A stretch of DNA of 62,641 nt, the filler included, from Choristocarpus tenellus KU-1152 (Eukaryota; Protista; Phaeophyceae), in NCBI GenBank assembly GCA_964200185.2. It is 12 parts of 12 records of this genome, joined end to end, with 100 filler letters (N's around TTAATTAATTAA, not from the genome) between each part and the next. Parts side by side here need not be neighbours in the genome. Positions count along the whole stretch, not along the records: positions 1 to 7,072 come from CAXNAD020006751.1; positions 7,173 to 9,696 come from CAXNAD020027069.1; positions 9,797 to 14,321 come from CAXNAD020014154.1; 9 more parts are not named here. One strand, 5' to 3'. Both the position numbers and the translations under genes were made by a program. Under the pieces are notes generated by a model. That model had not been told where the DNA came from. It saw only the letters and a list, made by a program, of their open reading frames with translations, and searched no databases. How positions within the stretch are numbered: the first letter of the stretch is position 1; every line of letters starts with the position of its first letter. This document shows positions 1-13,147 of this stretch, piece by piece.

Positions 1-17
1 CCAAGATACTTTGACCC
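1..17. mobile_element. Family B-type TIR end
   Basis: AGATACTTTGACCC at the window start. Confidence 0.55.
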
Positions 18-890
18 CTACCACTACCAAAGGTCCAGCACATAGTTCACAACAAATAATATCCTATATCTCAGGTGTTGCTGAAGTTCAAGAATATCTT
101 GCAATATTTTTATGGGCGCTAGAGAGTAGTGAAATTGAACAACATTCTCTTGCCATCGGAATCCTCCGACACAGTCCATACCCTTGCTGATTGTGTCTAG
201 AAGCCCTTGAATATACAACCTGGCATGTAAATGTGCCGTTTTAAGGTCACCATACCTAGGGGGCACTGCATACACACCAAATAAAGAATGATCACCACTC
301 ATATTTAAAGGCAGAATAAGAAGTGAATGCATTTATCAAGTTCAGAGTGATGCCAATACTTGATACCACCATGTTTATTACCATGATTATCTAATCGAGG
401 GGGCTGAAGAGCCTCATATTATCCTAGAGGGGGGTTCAAGCGTCCATTGGAGACCTGTGTGACACTGTAGTGATTTCTTTTTTATACGAGTTAATGTGTC
501 AGAGGTAAGGGCAGTTTTCTTAATCTGAAAACACCTTTCTTTTCCATCTCCCTGCCTCGCCAAATTCGAAGGAAACTCATCTGCAAACCTGGTATCAAGC
601 TGGGGTATCTAACAACATCTCATCAAACCCTGAATGGACAACCTGACATACACATCCCACCATATAAAATACTATGGTCCAGGTGTTGCATAACTATTGC
701 ATCCTATTCGCTAAACACCACATATCAGGTATTCCAGGGGTGCACATATTGCTATCAATGTATGATGTATGGACCCTTTTCCCTTAGTGCTTGAAGGAAG
801 TACCTCTAGTTTGACACCATCCTCATGCTGCTCCTTCTGCAAGAGACTGAGGGACAGACAACATATGATATCAGAGGCCTGGCTACAATG

Positions 891-1149
891 GAGTGAAAGG
901 ATCTCAGAGGGTGCGAGTTTTGCCCTGTTTATCCGTTTGGGGCTTGACTTCCCACAGGCTTTTAATGACATTTTACCTACTCTGAAATGTTTCGGAGTAC
1001 GTAAAATGTATACGTTATGAAATGGAATGTCCGGAACAAGGATATTGACACTTCCTAACAAACACGATAGTCAAAATTACATCCAAATCGCAATATTAGA
1101 TTTTGGTCCCCAAACGGACGCTGCTCTACCCTCTAAGATATTTTGACTC
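891..1149 (+). mobile_element. MITE family A, full copy
   Basis: GAGTGAAAGGATCTCAGAGGGT...TACCCTCTAAGATATTTTGACTC; 3-bp TSD ATG. Confidence 0.9.
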
Positions 1150-1614
1150 ATGAGTGTGCAATGCTGTGCTCGTGCTACGAAGGACTCGTGGTATACTTCC
1201 CACTAATTGGAACACCAACATGCACTGGGTCTGACCGGATTTGTGCCCAGGAGACAATTATCATTACCACCCAATCTTGTGAACGAACCTTCGAAATATT
1301 AACATTGTATCATCATTGCCCATAGTTTCAACTGCTGCAAAACACCATACACCCAGCCTAAAGGTTTAGTTAAGGTTGCACAAAATTGAAAACTGAATCC
1401 CAATTTGTAGATCACCACAAGACTATTGTACGACTTCCCTCCACAAATATTTAGCCGACTAGAATTGTCACCAGTGCTCTCAGGCAACAGCACACCAGTT
1501 TACCCAAATCTCCAACGGCCCTTGTTATATGGCAATCCTGTCAAAGCTCAATCACTGAACCACCCTACTGGTACCCATTCAACACGATAACAAGCAGCTT
1601 GGCTCTATTCTCAC

Positions 1615-4600
1615 ATGAATCATACAATGTTGACACCATCCACAGTGATGCGTAATTCATGTCCCTTGCCTCCCACGCAATGGTGGCATATTCTTTTGGC
1701 ATCCATCGGACACGATGAGGATATAGTTTATTTCGCTTCACCAGCAGTACAAGCATAAATAGTACAGGAATTCCGATTGGATACACAAAAAACATTATTG
1801 CTGCCAGGGAAAGATATCTTTCATGCTTCTCTGAGTCACAGTCAATAGAATAATCTGCCCGAAGCAAGGTTCGCCCATCATCAAAATCCTGCAAGAAAGT
1901 CATTAGAACAGGGGGGAAGGAGAGAGGGGTTTCATGTCTCATGATTTGGCACACGAGCATACATTAATCAGAAACAATGTTGTGTGCATTCCTGGTCAAT
2001 CTGGGATAACCTAGGACTGGTACACTTTTCAAGAAAAAGCGTGCTAACTATTACGCTTCGAAGTGTGTAATTGCGTGGAAAGCACTGCAGTGCAAAAGCT
2101 TGTTCGCATTTTCAATCTTGTTCTAGGCAGCTCACCTCGCAGAAGAACGCCTGGAAAATGACACGGGAAGTTGGACCCAGCACTAGGTAGGCCAAGTTAA
2201 GAGAGAACGAGAAGCACCTGTTGCCAAGAAGCTTTTTTGTTTGCAAGGATAGTGCCTTTTTGTGGAGAGCCGCGAAGTATGGATACCAAACTAACGCCAG
2301 GATCACAAGAGGAATAGCTGTCTTAAAGACTAATTCGTCGTGGAAATCCCCCAATATTATACATGTGATGCCCATCACCTGGATATTGAGAAAGAATTGG
2401 AAAAACATAGAGACATTTATTGTGACGTGCAGCTGGGCACTGATTGCACATCGTTTTTGCATCAATGTAGTTTATCTCAACTTCCACTTGGATGTTAGCA
2501 CGCAGAATGAACACGAGTGCAGTTGGCAAAATTAGCTTCTGTAGTCAGGTCTGCACCCTCTCCAATGCAACCGTACACTCTCCATCACACTCCTGCATGC
2601 TTTAGAGGGATTCTAGAGCACCCTCTGCTGTTGTTCACACCCCTCTAGTAGAAACGTCCTGCCTTCTTTCCCAGCCTCAATGAACTAACCCCAGCCCTGG
2701 GCACCCTCCAACTTTCTGCCTTTTGTCTCTTAACTAAACCTCCTCGGTAACATGTCCACCATGCTGTGACATCATTTTGTTAAGGACTATAGCCACTCAA
2801 GGCTAATGTAAATATGCCCCTTGTGCATCTGATATGAAATATTGAAGGGGGTCTGAACTTGCAAGGCCACTCCACTGATAATAAATCTAAAATTGCCATT
2901 CCATTCCACCATTACAAGATGAAAATACTTTCACATTCTCTAATAAAAAGAAATAATATCATGTTGTCCCTGTTATGTTAAAGCCATAACAGCCCCAAGC
3001 AAATCTTCTCCACAGCTTGGGAGAATAGTAGAAGGGAGAACAAGATATCATCGGTTTGAGTCTATTGTCCCAGCACCCAAGATTGATATATGAAGATTTG
3101 AAATTTTTCATGGAGGTACAAGGCGCAATTGTTGGCGGGGTGTTTGTCAAATTTGTATTGAATACTTTGATCATCTTGGGAAACTGGGAAGGAAGGGAAG
3201 AGAGGGGTTCATCAGTAATTGAGGTGCAAGTTAAGAGACAGGGCATATGGAAGAACTCTTAAGTAGAATTTTTTTAGTGTGAAATAGTCAAAAACCCTCT
3301 CCCACTATATGGAGTAGTATAGATCTTCCACTAATGTTAATCCTAGGCCAACCCAACTCGTGGATAAAGCAGATTGTCAGTAGAATAATGACTTTTAAGT
3401 TCCATGCGTCTTTGTGGAAGTGGGATACTCAACACAAGGAAATAGTATGAAAAAATGAGAGGGCATTTCTGGTAGGATCCCTACTCTAGAACATGTTTAG
3501 ATTCTCAAAACAGTCTCACCTTGGCTAACGACAAGTTGAAAATGTCGAGGAGTCCAAGCAAGAAATCATAATTTTCTGGGTATCCTAGCACCGGGATTCT
3601 TGGCAAGAAAGCCACAATTTGAATAAATGTGATGACTATCTTGGCCACACCTCCAGGGCCATTCCCAGGAAAGTGTTTGAGCTCCTTGGTGGGATCGAGA
3701 TTGTTTGCTGCATTCAAAAGTCTCCTGAGAGAGTATCATGGGCCGAGAAACAAAAAAGTGTGGCTACTCTTCCATCGTTATTCCTCCAACATTTCCAGAA
3801 ATAGGTCGAGCCTTATGCTGACATAAGTCCCCTACTCTACAGGTGGAGGGAAAGTTGTGTAATGGCAATAAGCCAGCAGAAACGTGTTGGCTGCTGGTAG
3901 TTTGCCTCTTGCTTTGCATATTTATCTACCTCAGCTCTTTGACGAGTAATGGTGCATCATCCGCAGCTCCCAATCCGAGCTCAGTAAGGGCTTCAGATAG
4001 TTGACTAAGCTGCTCACGGAGACGAGCGGATTCTGACAACATCACGTTGATATTGATCATTTGTGATTGTGCTCTGAACATTGTCCTATTAAGCCTACGA
4101 GTGAATAGCTCCGTGGCCGTAAGCGTGTCCTGAACTTCACGCAAATGCTCAGGTGGCACAATATCTTCTAGGTAGCCTCTCATCTGTATCACCAACTCTC
4201 TGAGGCGACACAGCTCCCACCTCGCTGCAGTAAGATGACTGTCCCTTATGCGAGCCCTCTTTCTTGGCTTTGATATTTTTTTACCCTGCATACTGTCCTC
4301 TTCCTCCTGACTACGAATCGAGCCTGGCCACAGGGGAATTCCTATCAATACGATGGCAACAGCAAGAAAAATAACTTTCACCAAGATGCTATTTATCACA
4401 CTCGGAGAGGTGCACGACCTACACTTGTCACTGGTGGATGCGACATAGTTCTTTCCGCACAAAAGGCAGTACGGGCCAATATTGTATCCCAAACAGAGTT
4501 TGTCTCCACCACCTTGCCCACCTTCACAAAGATCGGGGACTGGACAACTACGGATATCACGAGAGGTTTTAGCGGTTCGCCAAAATCCTTCGTCAACATA

Positions 4601-5287
4601 AACTGGGATGCGTTGAGGACGTATTGCAAGGATCGGTGTCGGGGAAGGAACTGAGTCCTGAGCTAGAACAACTGTTGGGGAAGGAACTAAGTCCTGAGCT
4701 AGAACATCTGTTGGCAAGTTACATGAGCATAGCCGTCGCGCCAGTGGTGTTGAGCCCGAGCATGTAGCTGGATATCTATGCCGATCAAGTGCCTGGCGGT
4801 AATAGTTATCTGTCGCAGAAGTGTCGTCAAGAGTTGTTGTAGGCCACGAAGGAGCATCAGAGCTATAGCCATTTTGATCAGTTGAATCAACTGCAGAGCT
4901 AGTAATGCACCCAAACTCGGCAGGAGCAGTCGGTACTACCAGGAGATTCTCATCAAAGACCATCGTCATTGATGATGGCTCATCAATGTCGTGAAAACTG
5001 CCATCAGATGCCCTAGGACTAACAGCCAGGGGTTTAAAGCCCCCCACGCTATCAAGCAAGTCGTAACATGTAGTTAAATCTATATCCAGGCCATCTTCAT
5101 AGCAAGTGCCACCAGCAGCAGTGCAAACAGTGTTGCAGTCAGTAGCTTCATCGCCGATCACATAGCAAGCTCCACCAGACCTAACCCCGCCAGCGTCCAA
5201 GCTACAATCAAGTGCCACGACGCGCTCTCCAAGTGGTAGGATGAGAGGTAGTCGTGGTAATAATGCTATGTTCCAATACCTATTCAT
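1615..5287 (-). CDS. Cys-rich ectodomain, multi-pass (GPCR-like) surface membrane protein of the expanded protist family; 3'-incomplete
   Basis: Phase-consistent exons 5287-3930 (AG|GTAGAT), 3724-3520 (AAG|GTGAGA), 2378-2136 (GAG|GTGAGC) and 1888-1615 (T|GTGAGA). Motifs: GFWR..C....C.GG......C..G..GP.C..C, KIVITFIQIV, LLRADYSIDC, VYPIGIP. Later exons were not found. The ATG at 5287 follows a CAG, so an upstream exon is possible. Confidence 0.8.
4637..4710 (-). repeat. 36-bp coding tandem duplication (VLAQD.VPSPT x2)
   Basis: Two adjacent near-identical 36-mers inside the receptor-like exon. Confidence 0.85.
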
Positions 5288-5579
5288 CTGGTGAAGTGTG
5301 TAAAGGAGGTGGACGAATAACAACAACCATTTCCCCAATCCACCATCGTGTAGAAAACAGGAAAACGGGATCAAGGGCATATTTTGTTGTGAAGTAATTG
5401 TATTTAAGTTTCTGTCCAAAGTGAGTATTGTACATATACAACAAAGTTCAATAATTTGATGGGTTAAACTATACTTGATTTAAGTGTTGAGGTGGGATGT
5501 TTATGTATTGTGCGCTGATTGGTTATGGATGAAGTTGTAGCCTACACTAGAGTTAGAATGGACAACGGGCAAATCCACT

Positions 5580-6735
5580 GGGCTTTGTCACTGGAACCAG
5601 CACCCCAGATCCCTAGACTCACTGCAGCAGATCTCTAGGGAGGGAGGAGGCCGTATCCAACAGGTTCCCAGTGCCTGCGTGCAGGAGGCATAATGTGACA
5701 CCTGACACGCTCATACCTCCCCTAGGGCAGGGGGACAGTTACGCCAGCACATGACGATAGTTTCACTAATATTAAGGATCAACCAGCTGCAGAGCTACTC
5801 TCTCATTATAAACGTTTATGGCAGGTTGAAACTTTCCGTATATCAAAAACAGATCTAAAGATACGCCCAATTTATCATTATTCTGAGCAAAGAATAAAAG
5901 CTCATATTGCTACATGTTTTATGGCTCTTGCATAAGTGTCTAGGTCAACTCTGGAAGGGAATGGGCATCCCTCGTACTATGATGGAGGATGGTTGCCCAT
6001 TTATAGTGGATAGGAATTTCCACATGGATGCGGTGGTCTTCCATGGTGGAGCACTTACTTGCAGACGCTGGATCAGTCCTCTACCAGGACAAAGGTCTCC
6101 TCCTGGGTCTTCCGTTTCCAGAAGTGCAAGCAGCATCCCACCTGCTCCACTCATCCAACTGCAATGATTTTGTAGCTGCTGCTGCAGTTGAGGCGCGAAA
6201 GTGCACGCACTACCTGGGTTCTTTTGACCCTCTTAATTTTAACCTCAACCTCAACACCTTGACGGTGGAAATTGTTTTGCGACTCGGTAAGCAAGCAGAA
6301 CGTTTTCTGGATTAGTTGGCTACACACGCAGTAGGGGGGAGAGGGACGGGAGGTTACACCAGGAAAGGGGCTGACAAATCCCGATTACGACAAATAGTCT
6401 CTGTCACTACACAAGTGGGTCTCTCTAGACGTGTTGCGCGTTTTAAGCTGGAGACCAGGGAGATGGGCAAGGAGGGGCCTGTCAGATTCTGGGGATGCTT
6501 CACTACCTCCTCGCTCAGTTGTGTAAGGCTAAGCTAAGTTGGAGGTATACCAGTAGTGTACGCATAACAAAGTATTTTTGACCTTTCAGGGAGTATTTGT
6601 AGCATATCTGGAAGTCAAATAATAAATAGTTTTAGGAGAGATACTTTTTACATTCATCACAACAGTTTCACAGCCTCCTTGTGATACTGGTTTGACTTTT
6701 TCCCTGACACATCTGGGGGATAATAATATGAGTTG
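5580..6735 (+). mobile_element. 5'-truncated CRE-clade (RLE) non-LTR retrotransposon relic
   Basis: Decayed knuckle (HAHTSPRAG) and RLE-type domain: DRNFHMDAVV...YQDKGLLL...AAAVEARKCTHY...RLGKQAERFLD*LA...RLRQIVSVTTQVGLSRRV; 3' UTR with TAA tail. Confidence 0.75.
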
Positions 6736-7072
6736 TAGCGTATAGTAGTAATCAACTAAAAAAATTCCTAAATTGTGGGAAGACAACAGTAAAGTACAAT
6801 ATCGTACTATTTTTCCAGTATATATTATTATAGATATTTTTATGTACATCGTTCACTCTTACACAAATTGTCCTGTAGGAAAAACAATAATATGAAGGGG
6901 AAGATCAAAAAACATATCTAAAGAATACAGAGAATGGAGAACAAGAAAACCTACATAAAAAGTACAACATAACCACAGAAAGGAGTCTATATATTAAATA
7001 CATTAACTTGTGAATCGTGTGATTCTGTGGCGGCGTGATTCACTCAGGCAAGGGTGGTGAAGAGAATCACCG

Positions 7073-7172
7073 NNNNNNNNNNNNNNNNNNNNNNNNNNNN
7101 NNNNNNNNNNNNNNNNTTAATTAATTAANNNNNNNNNNNNNNNNNNNNNNNNNNNNNNNNNNNNNNNNNNNN
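7073..7172. other. Artificial contig spacer N44-TTAATTAATTAA-N44 (first of 11)
   Basis: Identical 100-bp spacers also at 9697, 14322, 17095, 23182, 26628, 36349, 43028, 48774, 54097 and 57759. The 12-mer has stops in all six frames. Confidence 0.97.
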
Positions 7173-7411
7173 GTAGAGCCGCGTCCATTTGGGGGCCAAA
7201 ATCCAATGTTGCGATTTCGATGTAATTTTGACAATTGTATTTGTTAGGAAGTGTCAATATTCTTGTTCTGGACACACCTTTTCATAACGTACACATTTTA
7301 CCAACTCCAAAATCTTTTGGAGTAGGTAAAACATCATAAATACCTCGAGAGAAGCCAAGTCCAAAATGGACAAACAGGGCAAAACTCGTGCCCTCTGAGA
7401 TACTTTCACTC
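7173..7411 (-). mobile_element. MITE family A, one end cut by spacer
   Basis: Family A interior ending GATACTTTCACTC. Confidence 0.9.
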
Positions 7412-8854
7412 TCTTGCCAACATCACAGTCTTGTACTAACTAGAATATGATATGCCTGGTAGTAAGACACTGACCCTTGTGGAGGTTTTGACGGGTACAA
7501 GTCCAATTACTGGAATGGTCAGTGCTGGAAGGCTTTGCCATGTAAGCAATTCTCCTAGTTTTCTTGCATATTATCATCCTCGAGAAACAACACACTGTTT
7601 CCTTCCTGCTCCTCCTTTACACATCGCCACTCCTGTTGTTGCTCTTCACTTGATGGGCATGGACAGCGAGCAATGCAGTAAACATCATTCATGCTACCCT
7701 ACAAATGATTAACAACACCATTCATAATAATAGTGATGTTTAAACTCGCTCGCTAAAACAATCCTCATAGAACCAGAGTAGGGGATGGTCACAACACCTT
7801 GTGAAGAGGAGACCCTGTTGGATATATCAATTTCAGCAATCAGTAAAGCACAACCCCAGCACTGGTCAAGAAGCAGAAGCTTTCCATACGATAGTTGATA
7901 GGCGAACAGGACATACTAGTGTTGCCTGGGTTCGGACCCTGGTTGCAGCGTCATATTTTCTTCACAGGAATCTGGACTTTGATGGAACACAGTGCAAGTG
8001 ATTGCGGTGCATCCTTTCTATCTTGCATTAAACTATACAAAGGGATGCGTGAAAGATCTGGATCCATGGTGGCGATGACTCTTTGCGGAGGAGGGAGTAC
8101 ACATCACACACACACCACATTCAAGGGAGGATGAGGTGGGACAAGCGGTGGGATGGATGAACCCAACGCACGACATAAAACCATGGCACACATGGGGCAG
8201 TGCAATTAGTTGTGCAAATCAGGTAATTCGTCGAGAAGAATAAATATAGTACAGTGTGCAACTGCCATTTACCACGGGTCAAGGGACTAGGTAGGGTGGA
8301 GGTAGTGGAGAAGTACTTCAGGCTAAAGTGAGCAAATGTTAATATCAACAACTATTACGGAAGGAACTAATAGGTAGGAATGAAACTCGGTTTCTAGGAG
8401 ACTTTGTTTGAGACAAAATCATTTTGAGATGTTGGTATTTTTTGCATCACTGGTGAAGCCCTCACAATCTATCGATCCTGGGTGGTGCATTGGAAAGATT
8501 GGGATCCTGGTGGTCCACAGGTATACATTTCGTCTCAAGTGGAGTCCTACAAACGGCTCCACAGTAGTACCAGATGGAAGTTGGGTCTTGTTTTAGGGTT
8601 GTCAAACCGGGCATGCTAAAATAGTCTCGACATGATCGCATCCAATGAAGCGAAAGATTCTTGTTTTTTTCATGTGTTACGTAGGAAGCTCAAAATCCGG
8701 GCTACAAGGGGATTTTCCAGTATTCACGGGCGTTCACAAGGTGCACGTGTATGTTTTTTATTTTATTTTTATGATCCAGTAATGTTGGAGGTGTTGGAAG
8801 TGATACACGACTTGAGAAATACAGAAATCTGCGATCGGGGTTAACAGTAAAGTG

Positions 8855-8990
8855 TTTAGCTTGCAGCGCATGAAAAGCAAAAGAGAATTAGATATTTGGT
8901 GCATTATGCTCATCGCAGACTAGTTTCCAGACCTGTTTGTTCATGGGTGTTGAGGTTGGTTAAGAATTAAAAGCATTGATCGAGCAAGTG
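8855..8990 (-). mobile_element. Possible MULE transposase relic
   Basis: HEQTGLETSL...ILFC(frameshift)FHALQA resembles the MULE D.E.GL..A...C.FH..QA motif; heavily decayed. Confidence 0.3.
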
Positions 8991-9412
8991 TTTAACCTCA
9001 TGCAGGTCCTTATTTCTTCAAACCTCTACACAACATGCACCTCTTCGTCCACATCCTCTTGCTCTTTACCACTCTCTTCTTCTACACACTCCTCCTCAAT
9101 CTCCAATATTTACCCGATGTCATACAGAGTTCGCTCTCTCTTCATCCTCAACTTCAACCTCATATAAATGATACAGAGATGCATATCAAGAATTATAGAA
9201 AGAGAAAGTTGAGTATTATAGTTTGTTTTTTCGCGGATAGGTCCACAAAATGTGTAAGAGTGTAAGAGTATAAATGAATTTTAGGTCCATGTGTGACGTC
9301 TACCTCAACGCATACATACCTACATCCTATTAGTTCTATGAATACCACCCATATCCAAAATACATGAACGAATATGACATCATGTGTTACCGCACAATTT
9401 TTGTACTGAGTG

Positions 9413-9696
9413 CGTATGTATTTTATTTTTATGCCCTCTGACATTATGCAGATGTGTTAGGGGGGAAACCAATTAAAACTATACATATGTCGTTATTTGC
9501 CCTAAAGAAATAAAATATCCTAAACATAAGAACACTATAAAACATTGTAAGTGTGGAAACCACATATCAGTTACTTTACTACTATCTAATATTGTACTAC
9601 TGTCTTCCTTTGCTTCCCATCTACCTACTCCTGTTCCCCGGGGGGGGGAGCTAGGGGGGTATCCCAAGAATCCAACAGACCCCTCCGTGCCCATCT
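9413..9696 (-). mobile_element. CRE LINE 3' UTR copy
   Basis: Reverse complement closely matches 48207-48490. Confidence 0.8.
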
Positions 9697-9796
9697 NNNN
9701 NNNNNNNNNNNNNNNNNNNNNNNNNNNNNNNNNNNNNNNNTTAATTAATTAANNNNNNNNNNNNNNNNNNNNNNNNNNNNNNNNNNNNNNNNNNNN

Positions 9797-9860
9797 GGGA
9801 GGGGAGTCTACACCAGGGTGTCCATTTGGACCAAAATCAGGAAAAGTGAATTTATATTAT
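9797..9860 (-). mobile_element. MITE family B fragment
   Basis: GTCTACACCAGGGTGTCCATTTGGACCAAAATCAGGAAAAGTG is the reverse complement of 26515-26560. Confidence 0.75.
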
Positions 9861-10852
9861 GCAAATAAATTGATAGTCTTGTTATTATTATCTATTTCTG
9901 CTCCAAAAAGAATGTGCCTGTAAAAAGCAGTAACGCTGTTTTTGAAAATAAAATGAATACTAGAGTCAAAAATAAAGCAATAAAGCCTAAGCCTTACACT
10001 ACTCAAATTGATAAAGATATAGTGGACTGAAAAATCAAGACAAAATTTTGTAGATTTTGTTTCTCATTGTTATGCTGCATTTTTAAATGCATTTAGATAA
10101 ACATCCACGACTTGGTGGAACAATTGGTGTCAGGCATAGCACAGGACCTACTTCGGTTGAAGTATCCAAGAGGGGTGGAGCTTGGCCTAATAATTTTTTA
10201 AAGGGCATGAGAAAATGTGGCCCCTAGAACCCCATATTTATGTGCGGTGTTCAGGTGACTCCCCTGTAAGGATTCTGTAGAACGAAGAAGAAAAGCGCCT
10301 GTGGATAAATATTTTGCCATAGGGTTGGATGGTGCAGGGAAGAAAAGAGATGCAAGAAGAGCACCCAGCAGTACAGAGTATGTCATCAGTGATGTATTAT
10401 ACTCCATTTTATGTATCTGTATGAGGACAAAAAGTGGATGGAAATAGATTAGACTGGCAAATGCACATGAGGTAAGATGTGTATGACTTTCAAAATATAC
10501 TGTTGACAAGAACTACGAACTACGTGTTGTAATTACCTCTAAACCAGAATATCTAAAGAGGTGTGAAGTCATGCAGCATCAATGAATTCTAAGAATAGCA
10601 CCTCCAACAGTCAACGTTCCTTCCGCTCTTTTTCTGTCTCCACGAGCATTCCGCTTTACTTTCTTCTCCATCCGACGTGGTCCATTCTAGGTCCAATGAC
10701 GCCATTTGCGTAACACGCACATCGCTCAAACCCACAGAATCATCATTACATTGGTACATACGCACAAAATACTTCCCTTCTGAAAAACCTTCCTAAACCG
10801 AGGTAATATCCCTTCGCAAGAATGACAAGATCAGGAGTGCTCTCCACCTTCG

Positions 10853-10853
10853 A

Positions 10854-10885
<32 letters not shown>
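10853..10885. repeat. (CA)n microsatellite
   Basis: Direct reading. Confidence 0.9.
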
Positions 10886-12897
10886 TTTCGTGCCTGTTCT
10901 GTCTCTCACTGGTTTGGGGTCCAAACGAAACTTCAAATCCAGTTCCATGCCAAAATATGACTACCACTTCAACACCTGGCTTGATTCTTTTTTGTTGGAT
11001 GAACTACACACAAAATCCACACAGCAAACTCGTAACAACCATAATACACCCCTTTCCGCTATAGTGGTGCTGCTCCCTCCCTCTCCCTGTGCCAAACTGC
11101 ATACATATGTATGTCTCCCTACACACGAGTAAATGTGCTGCTCCTCCTTTATGATGATTCTTTGGGGTTGATTAAGATTGTTCCTCGATTTGTGTTCATG
11201 TTTATTCATCGTACTACATAATACACAATGTAGAGAAGCTACTACTCAAGAGGCCCTTCTTCTGCATTCCTTGCAATGCCATGACAGGTTCGTGCCTAAG
11301 TTGTTTATCATTATTCACCATCTCCTGCCAAAATAGCTGTCCCTATGCCATAATGTTTTGAACCCCAGAAGAACAAAGGAAAGCGTCAAACAAACTCTTC
11401 CATCACAAGCTCTTATGGTATGCACCATCTTTTTCTTTTTGATATTCATAATTGAAGCCCTTGTCTGACTGAATATTCTGGTACCCACCTTTAAAAGTCT
11501 ATGTTTACCTCCCACGCTCCAGGACCTTGAGTAACAACACAAAACCCCAGTAGCGCTCATTTGTAGAAATCACATGCAAGTGAGTTCCCCAGCACAGCTA
11601 GGAGATCTATGTCTAACCAAGCCTTAGGAAGCAGCTAGCTCCGCATAAACAACAATAGTCAAATCAGCACTACCACATGTACACCAAACACAACAAAGGT
11701 CTTCAGATATTGGTGTGCACTGCCACTTTGTTCTCCCCAGCAACGCGAACTCCACTGCTCCTGGAGGGGTAGCCTGGGGTTGCCAACCGCCTCAAAACTA
11801 AATATTGAAAATGCGATGATGCACACATCGCTCGAGTGGAGCGACCAAAAATCAAGACGCTTCTTGTCAATCTATCAGCACCTGGAAAAAATAAAAATGT
11901 TCTGACGCGCTGTTTGTCCTCGCATGATCCTGTCAGGGGCAAAGTTTCCAATTATTGACGGAAGAGGTCACACATCAGGCAGGGTTGGGGCAGTGGTGGA
12001 GCAAACAAGGAATGAGCTGGTGTGAGGACGACAGCATGTTGAACCCTTGCACTGATGTGATGACCATGACAGTGATGCTGCTACACTACCAAGCAAATAG
12101 GATCGGCTATGCCCTGCAACAGCAAGTCAAAGCAAAGGAGAGGTACCCAGAGTTGCATTGTAAGGATGCTGACAAACATGTGCAGACGAGCAGGATAATT
12201 TCTGAATTGTGCTGGAGGAGTTTCAAACAACAGAGATTTAAACGCTCTAAAGTCAAACCCAGCACCTCATCCATAGAAGTATGGGTGAATTCAATTAAGA
12301 TTGCGAAACAGACTTGAAATGCAAAACGGTAAAAACCTGGGTACCTCTCGTTGCTTTGGCTCATTCCCTAATCCTAACCACCAAAATATTATTAGCATTA
12401 TGATTCTAATCTCGAAACCGCTCCAGTACAGAGTACAGAGGGGAAGCAGGAAGACTAAATGAATATCATTTCAAGATTGACGGGAAAGACCCAACGTGTC
12501 ACAAAGAAAAACATTTCCGACGACAAATACCCCAAGGGAAGTTAATATGTAGCCGATTTATTGGCGGCCTACCGATTTTTGGAGACAGTAAAGAGAGTGC
12601 CAATGAAAGCATACTGGGGGCCTCAGTGGGTTCGTGTGAGAGTCAAAGCACCCCAATTGGAGTGCACTTAGACCATTTTTTTCGTAAGAGGGCCTACAAA
12701 TGTTGTCCATGACATTCCATTCATTTCCAAAGCCGAAATGCAAAGAACCCCCCCGATCAGAGGGAATTTACCAATGTAAAAGGCGTGTCCAGATAAAAAA
12801 ATCACCTCTTTGGTTTTTTTTCTTTTCCAAAACACACTATCTCTAACACATGACACCAAAATCCACAAGGTAGACACAGCTTGACACTATTCCCTCC

Positions 12898-13147
12898 GAG
12901 TCAAAGTATCTTAGAGGGTACGTACGGTTTTTGCCCTGTTTGTCCATTTTGGGACTTGGCTTCCCATGTTCTTTTTTATCGATATTTTCCTATTACTCCA
13001 AAATGTGTATGTTCTGAAATCGGCGTGTCCGGAACAAGGATATTGACACTTCCTAACAAACACGATACCCAAAATTACATCCAAATCGCAACATCAGATT
13101 TTGATCCCCAAATGGACGCAGCCCTACCCTCTAAGATACTTCGGCTC
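12898..13147 (+). mobile_element. MITE family A, full copy
   Basis: GAGTCAAAGTATCTTAGAGGGTA...TACCCTCTAAGATACTTCGGCTC; flanks TCC/TCT. Confidence 0.9.

Noticed and set aside
620-680. WWD-containing next exon for the receptor-like gene
   Set aside because: The acceptor phase does not match the phase-1 donor at 1614, and the frame closes quickly.
12640-12887. Distant relative of MITE-A (GAGTCAA...TTGACAC)
   Set aside because: Only short matches and no TSD.
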